DNA of 58,314 nucleotides, counting the filler, from Bipalium vagum (taxonomy: Eukaryota): NCBI GenBank assembly GCA_037834085.1. It is 3 parts of 3 records of this genome, joined end to end, with 100 filler letters (N's around TTAATTAATTAA, not from the genome) between each part and the next. Parts side by side here need not be neighbours in the genome. Positions count along the whole stretch, not along the records: positions 1 to 22,393 come from JBBMKC010221904.1; 2 more parts are not named here. One strand, 5' to 3'. Numbering within the stretch: the stretch's first letter is position 1; every line of letters begins with the position of its first letter. The notes below the pieces were generated by a model, which was not told the origin of the DNA, made no database searches, and worked only from the letters and a program-made list of their open reading frames with translations. Shown one piece after another: positions 1-13,277 of this stretch. The position numbers were made by a program, and so were the translations under genes.

Positions 1-66
<66 letters not shown>

Positions 67-76
67 GTAATAGTAA
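1..76. repeat. (AAT)n microsatellite
   Basis: Perfect ATA repeats from base 1, degenerating to AGT variants near 66-76. Confidence 0.97.
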
Positions 77-274
77 ATAAATAATTTATTATAATAAAAC
101 AGAGTTGATTTTATTTTAATTTTGACTTAAAAATAAGTTTCAGAACGTAATTAATTTTAAATGAAAGAAAATAAATTTTTAATTGGGTATAGAAATACCA
201 ATGATATTAAGAGAATTTAAAAGAAAATGCGGGTTGCCACTAATAAAGAAACCAATAGAATTTGTCTTATCCCC

Positions 275-282
275 TATATAAA
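275..282 (+). promoter_or_regulatory. Putative TATA box of the F-type lectin gene
   Basis: TATATAAA about 40 nt upstream of ATG 317. Confidence 0.55.
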
Positions 283-316
283 CAGTGATAAAAAAAACGA
301 AAATATTGTATTAATT

Positions 317-854
317 ATGCAGGTATTTATCTTTTGTTTACTGGTATTCTTTGTGGATATCTATTCCGCAGCAAATAAGATTACCGGAAAGTTTGATGTT
401 TCAATGTCAAGTTTATATGAGAATTGCGTTGGCGATAGATTATTTGACGGGAATAATGCAACATCCTGTGCACATACCCTCAAAGAGATGAGTTGGATGA
501 GAATTGATATGAAAACAGAATATTATATTAACAAAGTTGTGATAATCGGCCGACCAGACGGCTTCAATGATAGATTGCAAGGAATCCATGTGAATTTGTA
601 TGACTGCCAAGGGAAGTTTGTTTCGGAATGTGGTGTAATTTCGACTATAGCACAGGTTCATCAAATTAAATGCGAATCGAGCAAAGGATCAAAAATTGAA
701 ATTATACAGTCAAGAGAAGAATTCATGAACATTTGTGAAGTTGAAATTTACGGAGGTTCGCTTTAATTTTATTTATTTATTTTTTGAATGAACTGCTGAT
801 AATATTTATGTTTTATTTTTTTCAGACACGGACTTCTGTGATTCCTTGAAATAA
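317..854 (+). CDS. Secreted single-domain F-type lectin (fucolectin/FTP, F5/8 type C fold); exons 317-755 and 826-854
   Basis: Signal-peptide-like MQVFIFCLLVFFVDIYSA, Ca-site LFDGN, fucose motif H..RPDGFNDR, SWMRIDM and C-terminal ICEVEIYG. A 70-nt GT..TTTCAG intron (756-825) adds DTDFCDSLK-TAA. Confidence 0.88.
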
Positions 855-881
855 TTTCCACAATATTTTTGATGACTGAAC

Positions 882-887
882 AATAAA
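882..887 (+). terminator. Polyadenylation signal of the lectin gene
   Basis: AATAAA 27 nt after the spliced stop codon. Confidence 0.6.
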
Positions 888-2105
888 TACATTTGCATTA
901 AATTTCACGACTTTCTTAGAAGTTTTTTTAATGATTTAAATATTAATATAGGAAAATATTTACGGAGGGTCCATAAAAATGTCGTTTTTAAAAGAAGGAT
1001 TTAGCGACACAAAAATGCATAATAATATTTCTTGTTGTCTGTTAAAAATATTTTGTTTTTTTTAAATCAACATTTTATGAACCCCTCTATATTAAAATAC
1101 ATTGGACATTATCCTCAACTAATGGAATTTTAGTACCATAATGGTTTCCATGTTTTTAAAGTAATAATTTATATGTGACGACTGTTGTTAAATGGATACT
1201 GTGAACTTGATTATTTAGGAAGGCTTGAATCCTTTGGAAAATTTTTTTTACTTTTGATTTATTCAGAAAATCTTGGTGTTTTGCTCATGACTCTTGGGTT
1301 TAAATAAGATTCTATTTGAAGTACCTATCAAATAATTTCTCATTTATTTTGTTGGTGTTCTGATCATTTACCATAATTTTTTGTAAACCTTTATATATTC
1401 CTTGAAGAATAGCTAAGAGAATACAAATTTTAGGTGTGATTAAAGGAATTTTTAATAACAAGAAATTTAATATCAAAATTAAAAAGAAAAAGCCTTGGTC
1501 AATATTCAACAGTTTTGTCATTTTAGACATCAAGGATGGTAGAAGTATAAATTTTTCTTATAATTGGAGCTGAATATATTTGTAGGCATTTATTATATTT
1601 ATTCTATAAATATTCTGTAAAGTATAAAATTCTATACTGTAAATTATAAAATGTATAAAATAAGATAATAATATAATTAATTTTATTAAATATATAATAT
1701 CTTTCAGTTTATTTCCTGTTACTGGCTTCTAAGTGTTATTTTTAGTTATTCGATAATTAAAAATAACAAAAATAATGTTTAATATTTAGTGTCAAATTTA
1801 ACCTGACTCCGACCCTTAGTTGGTCAGTACAGTAATAACTTGTAGTTAAATCACACTCGAATTACAACTATATCAATGAATGTAAGGATCATAAAAACAC
1901 TACACTAAAATTATTTAATAAGAATTAAAATAAGAGAAGAAAAATAAAAAAATCTTACTGTTTTTCTTTGGTTTAAACTCCCAAACTATCAACTGAGCCC
2001 TTGATGGATGAGGAGATTGCCAAGGCTCCTAAATCTACGTCGACCTCAGCCCCTAGAAAAGATTAACTCACGTAATTTGATTGGCGAGCCATTCACCCCC
2101 AATTT

Positions 2106-4130
2106 GTGTTTCTCGTTGCTCTCTTCAACTATGTACTCCGAGACAGGCGAATCAAAAAGCAGTGGCGGTCTTTCAAAATTATCCTGGTAAACTTAAAATT
2201 TCGCATTTGGTCTCCTCTTGGCACCCTTGCTTACTCATATGGTATTCTGGCGCTCATTCTCAACAACACCCTTCTTACCTGGTTCACATCGGCTGATCTT
2301 CTTCACCCTAATCAGAAGGCGATTCATTCCCAGAATGGCTATGGGGAATACAATGACGTGATTGTCGGCCTCTTAGAGTACTGCAGTTCCACCAAAAAGG
2401 AGCTTCATGTGTACATTCTCGATGTTGCAGAGGCATTTCCCAGTTTGTCGCATGAGCTCCTCTGGCTTACTCTTAAAAAATCCGGACTGACGGAATTGGA
2501 CATTGACCTTCTCAAAAGTATCAACACAGACAGCTTGATCTTCTTCGTGTGTCACCATCTTAGCACACAATCTATTCCCATACATAGAGGAGTAAAACAT
2601 GGTTGTTTGCTCTCTATGTCGCTCTTTTGCCTTTCGATTAATTTCCTCTTGAACTACTTTGACCGGTACTCCAATCGTATGCAGGGTTTCGACAAAACCT
2701 TCGATTGCCTGGCGTACGCTGATGATAATGTGGTCATTGCCCCATCGCATGACACACTACAAGCCATGGTTGAGGCCCTCTGTGGTCTCCTTGGCGCCAT
2801 TCACCTGTCCTTTCGGCCACTGAAATGCAGTTACCTCTGCAAAGGAACTTCTCCTTTCCCCCTCTTCGTCTATGGGGAGCCTATTCCTCCGGTGGACCCC
2901 GAACATGTATATTCATATCTGGGGGTAAGTCATAGGGCTAACTTGCGCACTTCGACAGAAGAGATTCATGAGAGAAATCTTTCAGACTTCCTGCACATCA
3001 CTTAGACCGACCTGCATCCCTCCCAGATGATGCACCTTTACAAAAAGTTCCTTAACTCGCGCCTGCCTTTTCACTTTTCGAATCGTGTGATAGATCACCT
3101 CATGTTGGCATTCAAACAATCACGACAATCTCTTCATCGTGAGCAAAAGAAGGGCTTCAATGAAAGGCTCCATTCTATGTTCGACACCAGCACGGACACC
3201 AAACACATCCAAAGCACGATTAAAGCATTCCTGTATGAACAGACTTTGCTCGGGGGATTTGGGGTAACACGTAGCATTGATGACTACCACATCTGCAGCG
3301 TGGTCCATGGTCTTCGGCATCTTACCAGTCCAGATATCACCTTTCGTAAATTTGCCACTCAACATCCACTTCATGTGGTTAAGATACGGCAGTCTGTGAC
3401 GGCTCACACACACTTAACTGTTGCTCTTTCATGGCTCTCTAACATGAAGAATTTCTCTCTCTTCAGCCAAGTTACCTGGTGAACGAAAATCTGTAAGGCC
3501 TGTAAGGCTCTCAGACTGCTGAAGATCGACTGCACCTTTATGGTTTCAGATCAGTTAGTGGCCCTCACCTCAACTGCCGTCATTGTCTCCAACGAAACCC
3601 TCCAATATGGAGATAACATACATAAGGCGACGGTTACACTGCATGAGTCTATGGCGCTTCAACACCATATAGAATGGCTCTTCCATAAGTCACAGGGGCT
3701 TCTGGTTCCTTGCTTTAGTATCAGCCCGCTTTCCAACTTTATGCTTCATAAATTCCATCTTCCGCAGACCATCTGGCGCTGCCTCTTGAAAGCCAGAAGC
3801 AATAATTTGAGTCTGAACTATCACCCTTTCAATCTTATTAAGCGCAGTTCCATCCTTTGTCGCCTCTGTAACGATCTCCCCGAGACTCATGTACATGTTT
3901 TAAACCACTTTAAAAGCCGGCCTTTCATGTTTACAGTGAAACACAATGCGGTCCTCTACGCAACAGTTGACTTTCTGGGCAATCTGGGTCTTGATGTCGA
4001 TGTGGATGCAGTCCCACCAGAATTTCAATTTTTTCTTCTACCTGATATGGTTATCTGCCAGAAGACTAAAAAATCACTTTCATTCATAACATTAAGGTCC
4101 CGTATGACTCTCTGTTGTCACCGTCAAAAA
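2106..4130 (+). mobile_element. Degenerate non-LTR retrotransposon with RT and restriction-like endonuclease (R2/NeSL/R4-type), copy A
   Basis: RT motifs LDVAEAFPSLSH, RGVKHGCLLS, LAYADD, YSYLGV and GGFGV; zinc knuckle CRLC..ETHVHVLNH; KHNAV (RHN-type) and LPDMVI (PD-type). Premature stops at about 3003 and 3480. Much higher GC than the flanks. Confidence 0.9.
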
Positions 4131-4164
4131 CATATTGAAGAATCTCATTTGGAGTGGAAACAAT

Positions 4165-5634
4165 GAAGGTGAGGGTCACAGATTGGTTGGCTATCATGAA
4201 GGCATATTTGATGCGCTGTAGTTTTAACGCTTTACAGGCTTTCTGAATCTTCGTCCACCAAGCGGCTTGGCCAAATAACGAAGAGTTGCAGCAGTTGGAG
4301 AGCCATGAGAGAGCGGTGGTGAAATCAGATTGGAGCATTTTTACCACATGTAGCAGGTGGTTGGTGGCGAAGATTCTAAAGATGGTGTCAGGGCTGGGAA
4401 GGTAGTGGAGTTCCTAAAACACACTGCAGATGTGGTAATCATCTATGGCCCGTGTCACCCCAAAATCCCCCTCCAAGGATTTCGGAGCGTAAAGTTTTTT
4501 TTGTTCATTTTTTTTACGCCTTGTTCATTTTCTTGAGGTAAATAGCGCCCGTTATCTTGCGGTACTTCTCAAGGAGCTCCTCATCATATTCCCTCTGTTG
4601 TTCACGATAAAGGGATTGGCGAGACTGTTCCGACACCAAGGTGAGATGATTCACCATATGATTCGCAAAGGGAAAGGGTAGGCGCGAATGCAGAAAGGTT
4701 TTATAGAGATGGATCAACTGAGCCAGTTGAAGGTCGGACAAAATTATGTAAGAAAAGTCCGCAGGTTCCGCTCCATGATCTCATATTTTAAGGTACAAAG
4801 ATCGGTGTCATGCGTAACCCCAAGATGAGAGTAAACATGGGCGGGGTGAACCGATGGAATTGGTTCTCCATGGACGAAGAAGGAAAACGAGAAGTTCCTT
4901 CGCAGAGGTAACTGCATTTCAGTGGCCGAAAGACAAGTGAATGGCGCCAAGGAGACCACAGAGGGTCTCAGCCATGGCTTGTAGCGTGTCATGAGATGGG
5001 GCGATGACAGCAATATCATCAGAGTACACCTGGCAATCGAAGGTAGTATCAAAAACCTGCATGCGATTGGAATATCGGTTAAAGTAGTTCAAGAGGAAAT
5101 TAATCGACAGGCAAAAGAGCGACATGGAGAGCAAACAACCCTGTTTTACTCCTCTATGTATGGGAATAGATTGCGTGGTAAGATGGTGACACACATAAAA
5201 GGTCAAGTTGTCCGCATATATATTCTTAAGTAGATTAATGTCTACTTCTGCCATCTCAGAATTTTTGAGAGCTCCGGTATCCATTTCCAATGGCTGAATT
5301 TTTGGCGGAGACGACAACAGTGGTTTCTCCTTCTGTGCCTGTTGTAAGTAGACTGGGGATCATCGATGACCAAGGAATTTGTACCAGAAGTCCCAGGTGC
5401 CTGATGGTTCACGCTCAAAACTTCCCATTGGAAACTAACAGAATAGGTCACAATGAGATATTTTGGGACCATTTGAGCAAGAGTACATTTCGTAACCAGT
5501 ACATAAGCAAGGGAAGCAAGTTGATACATGTTAACACAAAACACAAAAATGTCACCTGTTGCCCTACAGCTTGCCATCAGGGCATAATAAACTGTACAGA
5601 CAGACGTACAGACAACATTACAGGATGAACTCAT
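4165..5634 (-). mobile_element. Second, rearranged copy (B) of the same non-LTR element in inverted orientation
   Basis: Minus-strand ORFs repeat QSIPIHRGVKQGCLLSMSLFCLSINFLLNYF, YSDD, IHLYKTFLHSRLPF and WWTKIQKACKAL. About 85-90% nucleotide identity to 2480-3570 by eye. Assignment of 5270-5634 to the element is uncertain. Confidence 0.88.
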
Positions 5635-8600
5635 CGCTGCTAGACAAGATCAAAGACAACTAGTAGAAGATCCTGATGACATGACATTATTAGAAAGTGA
5701 GGAAGATAAAGTAGGAATACCAAACGAAGTCACGGAACACAACTTAATGATGAAGGATTAACTAGTAGTGATAGGATCAGACGTAGCACAGTCAATCAAA
5801 CAAAAGTCAGGTAGACTAGGCTCGGGAGTAATCCAGTTGGTCGACCTAAGAAAAATAGAATGCTACTTAGGCCTACCGGTATCAGAGCAGAAACTAGAGA
5901 TAATCTGAGGAGACTATATCTTATCAAACTAGCTGAGAAGTACCGAAAGCAGCCTGAAGAAAAATTCTATGATATGGAGACAGCGGATGACCAAAACATG
6001 ATTAAACGATTAATAAACTTGATGAATTTGCTAAATAATGACGGAGAATCACAAGATAAACTAACTCTGAATATTTTTAGGAAATGCAGAAAGTAGTTTC
6101 AGATGTAGAAGATTTTATTGATGAACAAAGCAATTTAAGTGGTGACACTGTTCTTGGACATTTGATGGAAGGAACAGTAGATAAAGAAAAAGTTTTAACA
6201 GATATTACAATGATTTTACGAAGGTTACAAACAAAAAATAAAGAAAGTGAATGGCGAAGCCTAGATTTGTTAGCAAGGAAGGATAACAAAAAAATAAACA
6301 ATTTTTTTGGTCCATGGCCCAAGTTATGTCAAGGATGGAGAAGATTATTACTTACAAAAGAACAATCGGAGCAATACCGGGAACATGAACAAAAAGACAG
6401 AGACTCAAGGATTCATTGCTTGTGTATATAATACCAAATACAATGTGCGATATGGTGTTTCTTAAGAAAGTTTTTGGTAAATGTTTACTTTAGATTAAAT
6501 GGTGTATAACATTATATTTATAACATTTATAATTTTTAAATGAATGTTTTTGTTAAAAAATAATTTCAGCAAAAAAAAATTTTATTACATTAATGTAAAT
6601 AAATAAATAACATAAATATCGAAAACAAATTAAAATATTTCATTTCATCTAAAGTAAACATTTTCCATAAATATTAGTGATAGGTCAGTAATTTTGAAGC
6701 TGAAAGTTAAATGATTATAAAAGAAACACTTGTTTTCTTCCGAGAATCTTAATAATAATAAGCCCTCAATAGCTTTAGCTCTTTTCACTGTTAACTATTC
6801 CCTGGTTAAACGAAACTTTTATTTTATAAAACAAATTGTGAAATCATATTTTAACTTTTTCACTTCTATTGATTTTTTCTACTAAATATAAGCAAATAAA
6901 AAATTCAAATTTTAAACTCAACTTAATATTTATAATAAAAAAGTATAATTTTTATGAGAATTTTTTAAATTAAACTAATACAGTTATACGAATAATAAAT
7001 AAAGTACAACTTAAAATTTCAAAGTTGTTTTATTATATTAAATCCTAGTTTCATTTTTATAATTTTTACATATAAGTAAATATAAGTGTTTTTATTTCAT
7101 TGTTCAAGGTAATATATTACTGATTTAATAATAATTTTTGTATTAGAAAATATTTAAATAGTTACCAAAAATTGTGTATCTTTCGTAGTTCAGTAAGTAT
7201 TGCAATATTCTTATGTTAAAAATTTTATAAAGTACTTGTAAAACATGTGTCATGACATTAATTTTATGAATTATAAAGTAAAGCTAATTTTAATTAATAA
7301 TTTTTTTAGATTGTTAATATACAATAGAAATTTGAAGTGTAATGTATTAATTTATTTTCAATTTCCAATATAATTCCAACTAAATCCACATGACAATCTT
7401 CAATAAGTTATATTTAACTCATAGACTTGTTTAAGTATATAGTTTTTAATACATAATAAACTTTTTAAGATGATGACAAATATTGAAAAAAAGCAAATCT
7501 TAGTAGTGATTGCTTGATATCGAAGGGATAATTCCAACAGTCTATAGTCTTGGTGGACAATATCATAATTATGATTGATTTTTTAAAATAAATTTGTTAC
7601 TGATATTTCATTTAAGGGATATTTATTGATATAAAATTTCATTCCTCTTTTTATTTTCGTATTTTATGGATCAGTTAACTATCAGGATTATTAATTTGAA
7701 TCCGGGTCTACCTTTGATTTTTAAATTTTTTATTAATGATAATTTTACAGTGGTTGTAGGATTGAATTAATTTTTCGAAAAGCTATCTTTTCTCACATTC
7801 TTTTTTTTTATTTACAGAGCAGATAACATTTGGTTCCATAAAATAACTAAGAAAAAGTCGTTTGAAAGTACTGTTTTCTTATCACAATTTAATAATTAAA
7901 ACAAATACTAAGAATTATTTTCATGATTAATTATTTAACAATATTCTTTAAAGATTAATAATTTTACCAAAACAATCTTTTTATAAGCCTTAATCTTTTT
8001 CGTCACTAAATTACTCGATCTGGCCTTTGACAAAATATTAAATTTTTGTTTTCATGGGGTATTTTAAGAAAGCATCTGATATAAGTATGTTCCAGTGTTA
8101 GTCAGATAATAGGTTTAGTTAAATAACCACAGAAACATTAGAAGATAATTCTATGATTAGAATATTGGTGGTATTTCATGACGTAACAGATTACAGGTGA
8201 AAAAACGCCAGACAGTGGATAAAAAATTGATTGCAGTGACAGCTATTTTAAAAAATTTTTAATTGATTTTAGTGTTGTGGTCTTTATGTTAGCTGCGATT
8301 TCTAAAAATTGAGACAGTTTTTAAGATATATTTTCTTCCATAAAAACAAATTGACTTAAGCAGATTTTCCTTATTTAATAAATTAGTATAATGCGACTTT
8401 GGTAAAAAATTAAAATTTAAATAAACAACATTTTAAATATTGAGCTTTGTTATAAAATTTCTAAATTATGTATAAATGCTCATATCTAAGAGTGAGATTG
8501 TCTTTTTGATTCTATATTAAATAAATTAAGTTGATTTAAAAAATCATATATTTATTTAAATAATTCATTTTGGGAGAACACTTTCATTTCTTGTAATTAT

Positions 8601-9359
8601 TTGAAAATTTGATTTTACAATCAAATTATTATATTAAAAATACACTTTTTCATAAAATAAAACTTTCCTTATGTTACTTGAATTCATCTATTTTTAATAT
8701 AACGAAATTTGATTTGTTATATTACATTAATCTTTTAATTGAATTTTTAAAAAATATATTAATTCAAATTGTATACAAAATCTATTTCCATAGGCTCAAG
8801 AGTACCAAATAGTATTTATTTATTTTTTAATAATTCTGCATGTTTGGTTTAATGTAAAATTTAATTTTCTGATATATCAAAAGAAATTAAATCTCTTATT
8901 AATTTTATTTATAAAAACAGGATATCATCAGTTTTATTCAAACAAATGAACCATGTGAAATTATTAAGAATTATTATTTTATTTTAAAAAATCATTAAAA
9001 AATAGATAATTAAATTATTATTGATGTTAATCTGAAATCTTGAAACAACAAGAATCCATTTGAATTCAAAGATAAATAAAGTAAAAGATCATTTATTTTC
9101 AAAACATGAAAGAGTAATTTTTACAACCTAGGGTCACAAAATAAAGCTGAATATTACTGAAAATACCTTTAAAAATCTAGACAAAATGAGGGTCAATTTA
9201 TTCTTCTGTGCATGACTGGTTTAAGAAATTCTGTTTAATTTCAATTAAAGGCAATATATAAGCTTGAAATTTAATTTTAATAAATTTGTTAGTAAAATCA
9301 AATTCTTAGAATAAATAATTATAAAAGATTTTAATATTATTTGTTTATCTGAATTAAAA

Positions 9360-10368
9360 GGTGTCACAAATTTAAAATAAGGAAGTAATCTGATGCGTTA
9401 TGAAATTATATTTCCTGAAAGTGAAAATACTAGTAATGCCGTAAAAAATATTCCTTATGAGTCTGATACCATATCAGGAAAAACGGTGTGAATGTTTAAA
9501 ACTATTTTACCAAGACAACTTTGAGTTGAAAGACGCACATTGTTCTGTCGACAGATAAAGACGATGAAGTCATGAAATAGTCGACCGAGACCCGTCACAT
9601 AAACAGTCAGGATATTGATCAGGATCTAGACATTTATTAACAAACTGTTTTAAATCATGTGGATAAGTATGGTTAGAAGAAAAAAAATTATATTTGAATT
9701 CCTCATAATTTATCTGAAATGAATCAACAGAATTTCTATTTGTGAATCTTTATTGAAAGAAATAAATTTGAATCATTTAAAAATATCATCACCTGAGATT
9801 AAAAGTGGATTAAGTATGAAAATGATGTGAGAAGGTTGAGTTTCACAAACAATTGCAGAGCCAAGATTGTTTTCAAGTACGGTGATGTCTGTTTTATGAG
9901 ATTTGAAAGGAATCGTGCATTATAAGCTGCTGAAATCTAATACTCAAACTATTAAATCAATTTTCTATTTTTATAAACTTGAAAGACTAAATCAAGTGAT
10001 GAAAATAATCCAAAGTGAAATAGTCAACCGAAAGAGCATTGTTATCAATCACGACAACGCAAGACCACACAAATCTTTAATGACTCGCCAAAAATTGAAA
10101 GAGCTTGGATGGGATGTATCCAGTTTATAGTCTAGGCTTAGTAAGATTGGACTAAAATTTGTTTCTGTCCTTGCAATATTTTCTAAATGTAGTCAAAGAG
10201 TAAGAAAAATACATTACACATTTTTCGATCAGAAATTTTACATTGAATGCATTATGAATTTGATAGGTAAATGGTGATAGGTTATCGAACAAAATGGAAC
10301 ATACTTGATCCCGTTAAGTTAATTTTTTTACTTAAGAAACGGTGGAAATTTTGAGATCACCTAATGTA
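9360..10368 (+). mobile_element. Decayed mariner (DD34D) transposon
   Basis: HDNARPHKSLMTRQKLKELGWDV, GIVHYKLLKS, degenerate IITxDxKW and WIPHNL, C-terminal IEQNGTY. 3' TIR-like end ...gagatcacctaatgta. Confidence 0.85.
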
Positions 10369-12023
10369 TTAAATATTTTTTATCTACATTCCATTTTATT
10401 TTTCATTCTTTTCGTAACTTTGTGTTCGAAATGTACTTGTATATTAAGCTTTTTAGGTTGTTTTTGTCATCGCGATTTTTAATCAATACGATTTCTTCTG
10501 GAGATCATCTGCAGTACGTTTTGGTCATTTTTTGAGTCTGCTGCCAAGAGTTCGTCAAGGTATTATTTTTGGATATCTCGATCGGGTGTGTTTGATAATC
10601 GGTTTTCATGAACAATTGACTGTCAAATATCGATATTAGTCATAGTCCTTCGTATTGAGGTTGGTATTGGAGTAAAGTTATTAGTGTCCGAAAATTTTCG
10701 AATGGTGAGGTCTAAGCCTTATCTTTTTCCTTCTCAGACGTTTTTTTTTCAGATCATGATTAGGTACCTGATTATGGTTTATAATTCCGGAACGCTCAGA
10801 TTAGCTTGCTATGCATATTTTATAATTGTTGATGTTTTGTCATGCCTTTTTCTTTAAAATTAATTTTCTAACGTCTTTTTATGCGTAATTCGGGTTCAGA
10901 GAATTCTAGTGGTTTTGGTAAATACCTAAATACTATAGTATGTATAGTATTCACACTCGTTGATCGTCGGTATTGTTTCTCCGTTTATTCTTATTCGAGA
11001 TTGTTATCAGTGCGAATTTTATTGACAACGGCCATTTAATTGTTTAGTCAGTTGATTCGTCATATCTTGTGAGATTCTGTTATTATATATGAGAAGTACC
11101 AGACAATCCGCGTAAGATGTGATTTGAAATGCATATTTGTTGAATTTTTGGTAATTTTCAGTCACTGCGATGTTAATAATGAAATATGTTCCACACATCC
11201 ATCAATTAACAATAAATAAAACATGATATTTTTAGATAATCGAGGGAATTACCTTCCATCTATTCCTTTTATCAGATCCATATTATTCAAAAATAATCAC
11301 TACAATGCTTAAAAACATCAATCCTTTAAATTGTATTAATTTATATAAATTAACAGTGCTTATCACAATTAAATAATTTTTTTAAAATCATAACATTACT
11401 TTCTGTCTTCTCCCTAGTTCCGAGAACTGCTTAAGTAATTCTCTTGGCTAGTTAGGACAACGGCTTTCAGAACTGAAAGCTGATTCGTTCTACCATATCA
11501 TAACAAACGAGAATATCTTTCTCTGCTGTCAATCAGACAAAGGGGAATTATTAATTTCTGGACAGTCCGATGCGGATAAGATGAAAATTACTTACGTCTT
11601 CGAGCATTAATTATCTCTAAAAGCCCTACTCATAGCAAATAAAGATTAAAATCATTCGTGGTTCTGACCATAATTAATTTCCCTTGAATTGATGATTCCT
11701 TTATGACTAATAAATGATTGTGATTATTAATTTTAAATTTGTGATTTATTCGTTTTGGAACTTGCTTTATATTCAATTATTTTATATACGATTTGAAAAA
11801 ATAGTTATTATTTGTTTACTATTTATATTTCTCGATAATTTATTTATTTTATTATATTTATAAATTTTATATAAAACTATATTTATCTAATTTTCTAAAC
11901 ATAGGAATTATTCTTATTTATTTTTCAATTTGTAGCATATTGCTATATTAAATTTTACTGTAAAAAGAAGAGTAATAATACTAATACACCAACAATAATA
12001 TTATTATACATTTATTTCATATA

Positions 12024-13277
12024 TATGGTGTGATAATAAAGTTCCAGGACTTTAGCTGTACAAAATCAAAGTTACATAAGACAATAATAAATCATATTTC
12101 ATTACTCAAAGTAGTCATCATTGATTTGAATACACTTAGTACAACTTTTATAAAAAGCGACAAGATTTTTCTGCTCTTGGAATATCCACCAGTTTGCTTT
12201 TTACATTCGCCTGAATATCCTGAATATCTTGAAATTTCTTCCTTTAAGTATGGCTTTCAGCTTTGGAAAAAGAATGAAATATTCTGAAGCTAGATACGGT
12301 AACTTCATTTTTAGGCAGAAAACTATACTATTATTGAGTTATGAGAAGGTGTGTTATCCTTTAGGTCTGTAAAGAGGTCTAATTCTACGAATTTTTTTCA
12401 AAACCGAGACTTCTTTGTAAAAGGAAAGTATTCACTATATAACAGAAGGTAGAAATTCTTTTCAATGTTAATGACTTCATCAGAATCAAATAACGTGATC
12501 AGGAGGATTTTAATCTTTGACTTTTATAGCCGTCACCTTTTTAGATTTGGAAAGCTCTTTGAACACCATTGCATGCGCTGTCGTTTGGTTTCAGGATCAT
12601 GTTGAAAACTCCAAAACTGATCACAATAACAATTGATTTGATAAAATTTAGGTCAGTATCACAAGTGAAAATGAAATTTCTGCAGCAATCAACTCTACGT
12701 TGTAATTGTTCAGGAGTTAAGCTATGAAGAACAAACCGCGAACATATCTTTTTCCTACCTAAATTCTCAATCAACATTTTCCGAATAGATTCTCTATTGA
12801 TTTCAGTTTCATCTTCTAATATTTTTAATGCAATACGTATATCGGCTTCAACAATTTTTAAAATTTTGTCCAAGTTTCCATCATTTCTGGAGGTAGATGG
12901 ACGTTAATTTCTGAAATTATAGAAAAAATCATCACGGTCTTCACGAAAGCCTTGAATATCAATCAAAGACTCTAGATCTTGACACTGTATTGTTCCAATA
13001 CACGATTTTCAACATTTCATAGGTATCCGTAGATATTTTGTCTGACTTATAGCAAAATTTTATATTCACTCTCCGTTCCATTCTGAAATTGTGACAATAC
13101 ATGTAATATGAACAGATTAATTATGAAAATTACTTCAGATAAACGAATAGCTAGTTGAAATAAAATATTCAGAAATTTCAATGAACTATATTATGTGCTG
13201 CCAACATAAATAAAATTCATTTTACAAATATAATTCGCGTTATAATAATGTTCCTGGAATTTTATTATCACACCATT
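12024..13277 (-). mobile_element. Near full-length decayed mariner with both TIRs and TA target duplication
   Basis: Left end TATGGTGTGATAATAAAGTTCCAGGA matches the reverse complement of 13251-13277. Internal LGRKKICSRFVLHSLTPEQLQRRVDCC. Length about 1.25 kb. Confidence 0.9.

Noticed and set aside
1-76. Telomeric repeat at the window start
   Set aside because: (AAT)n is an ordinary microsatellite here and recurs internally at 36121.
227-316. ORF-track N-terminal extension of the lectin
   Set aside because: It contains the TATA-like box, and the signal peptide begins at Met 317.
2373-5233. Antisense ORFs over the RT regions (2373-2750, 3120-3413, 3690-3896, 4991-5233)
   Set aside because: Shadow frames of GC-richer retroelement coding sequence.
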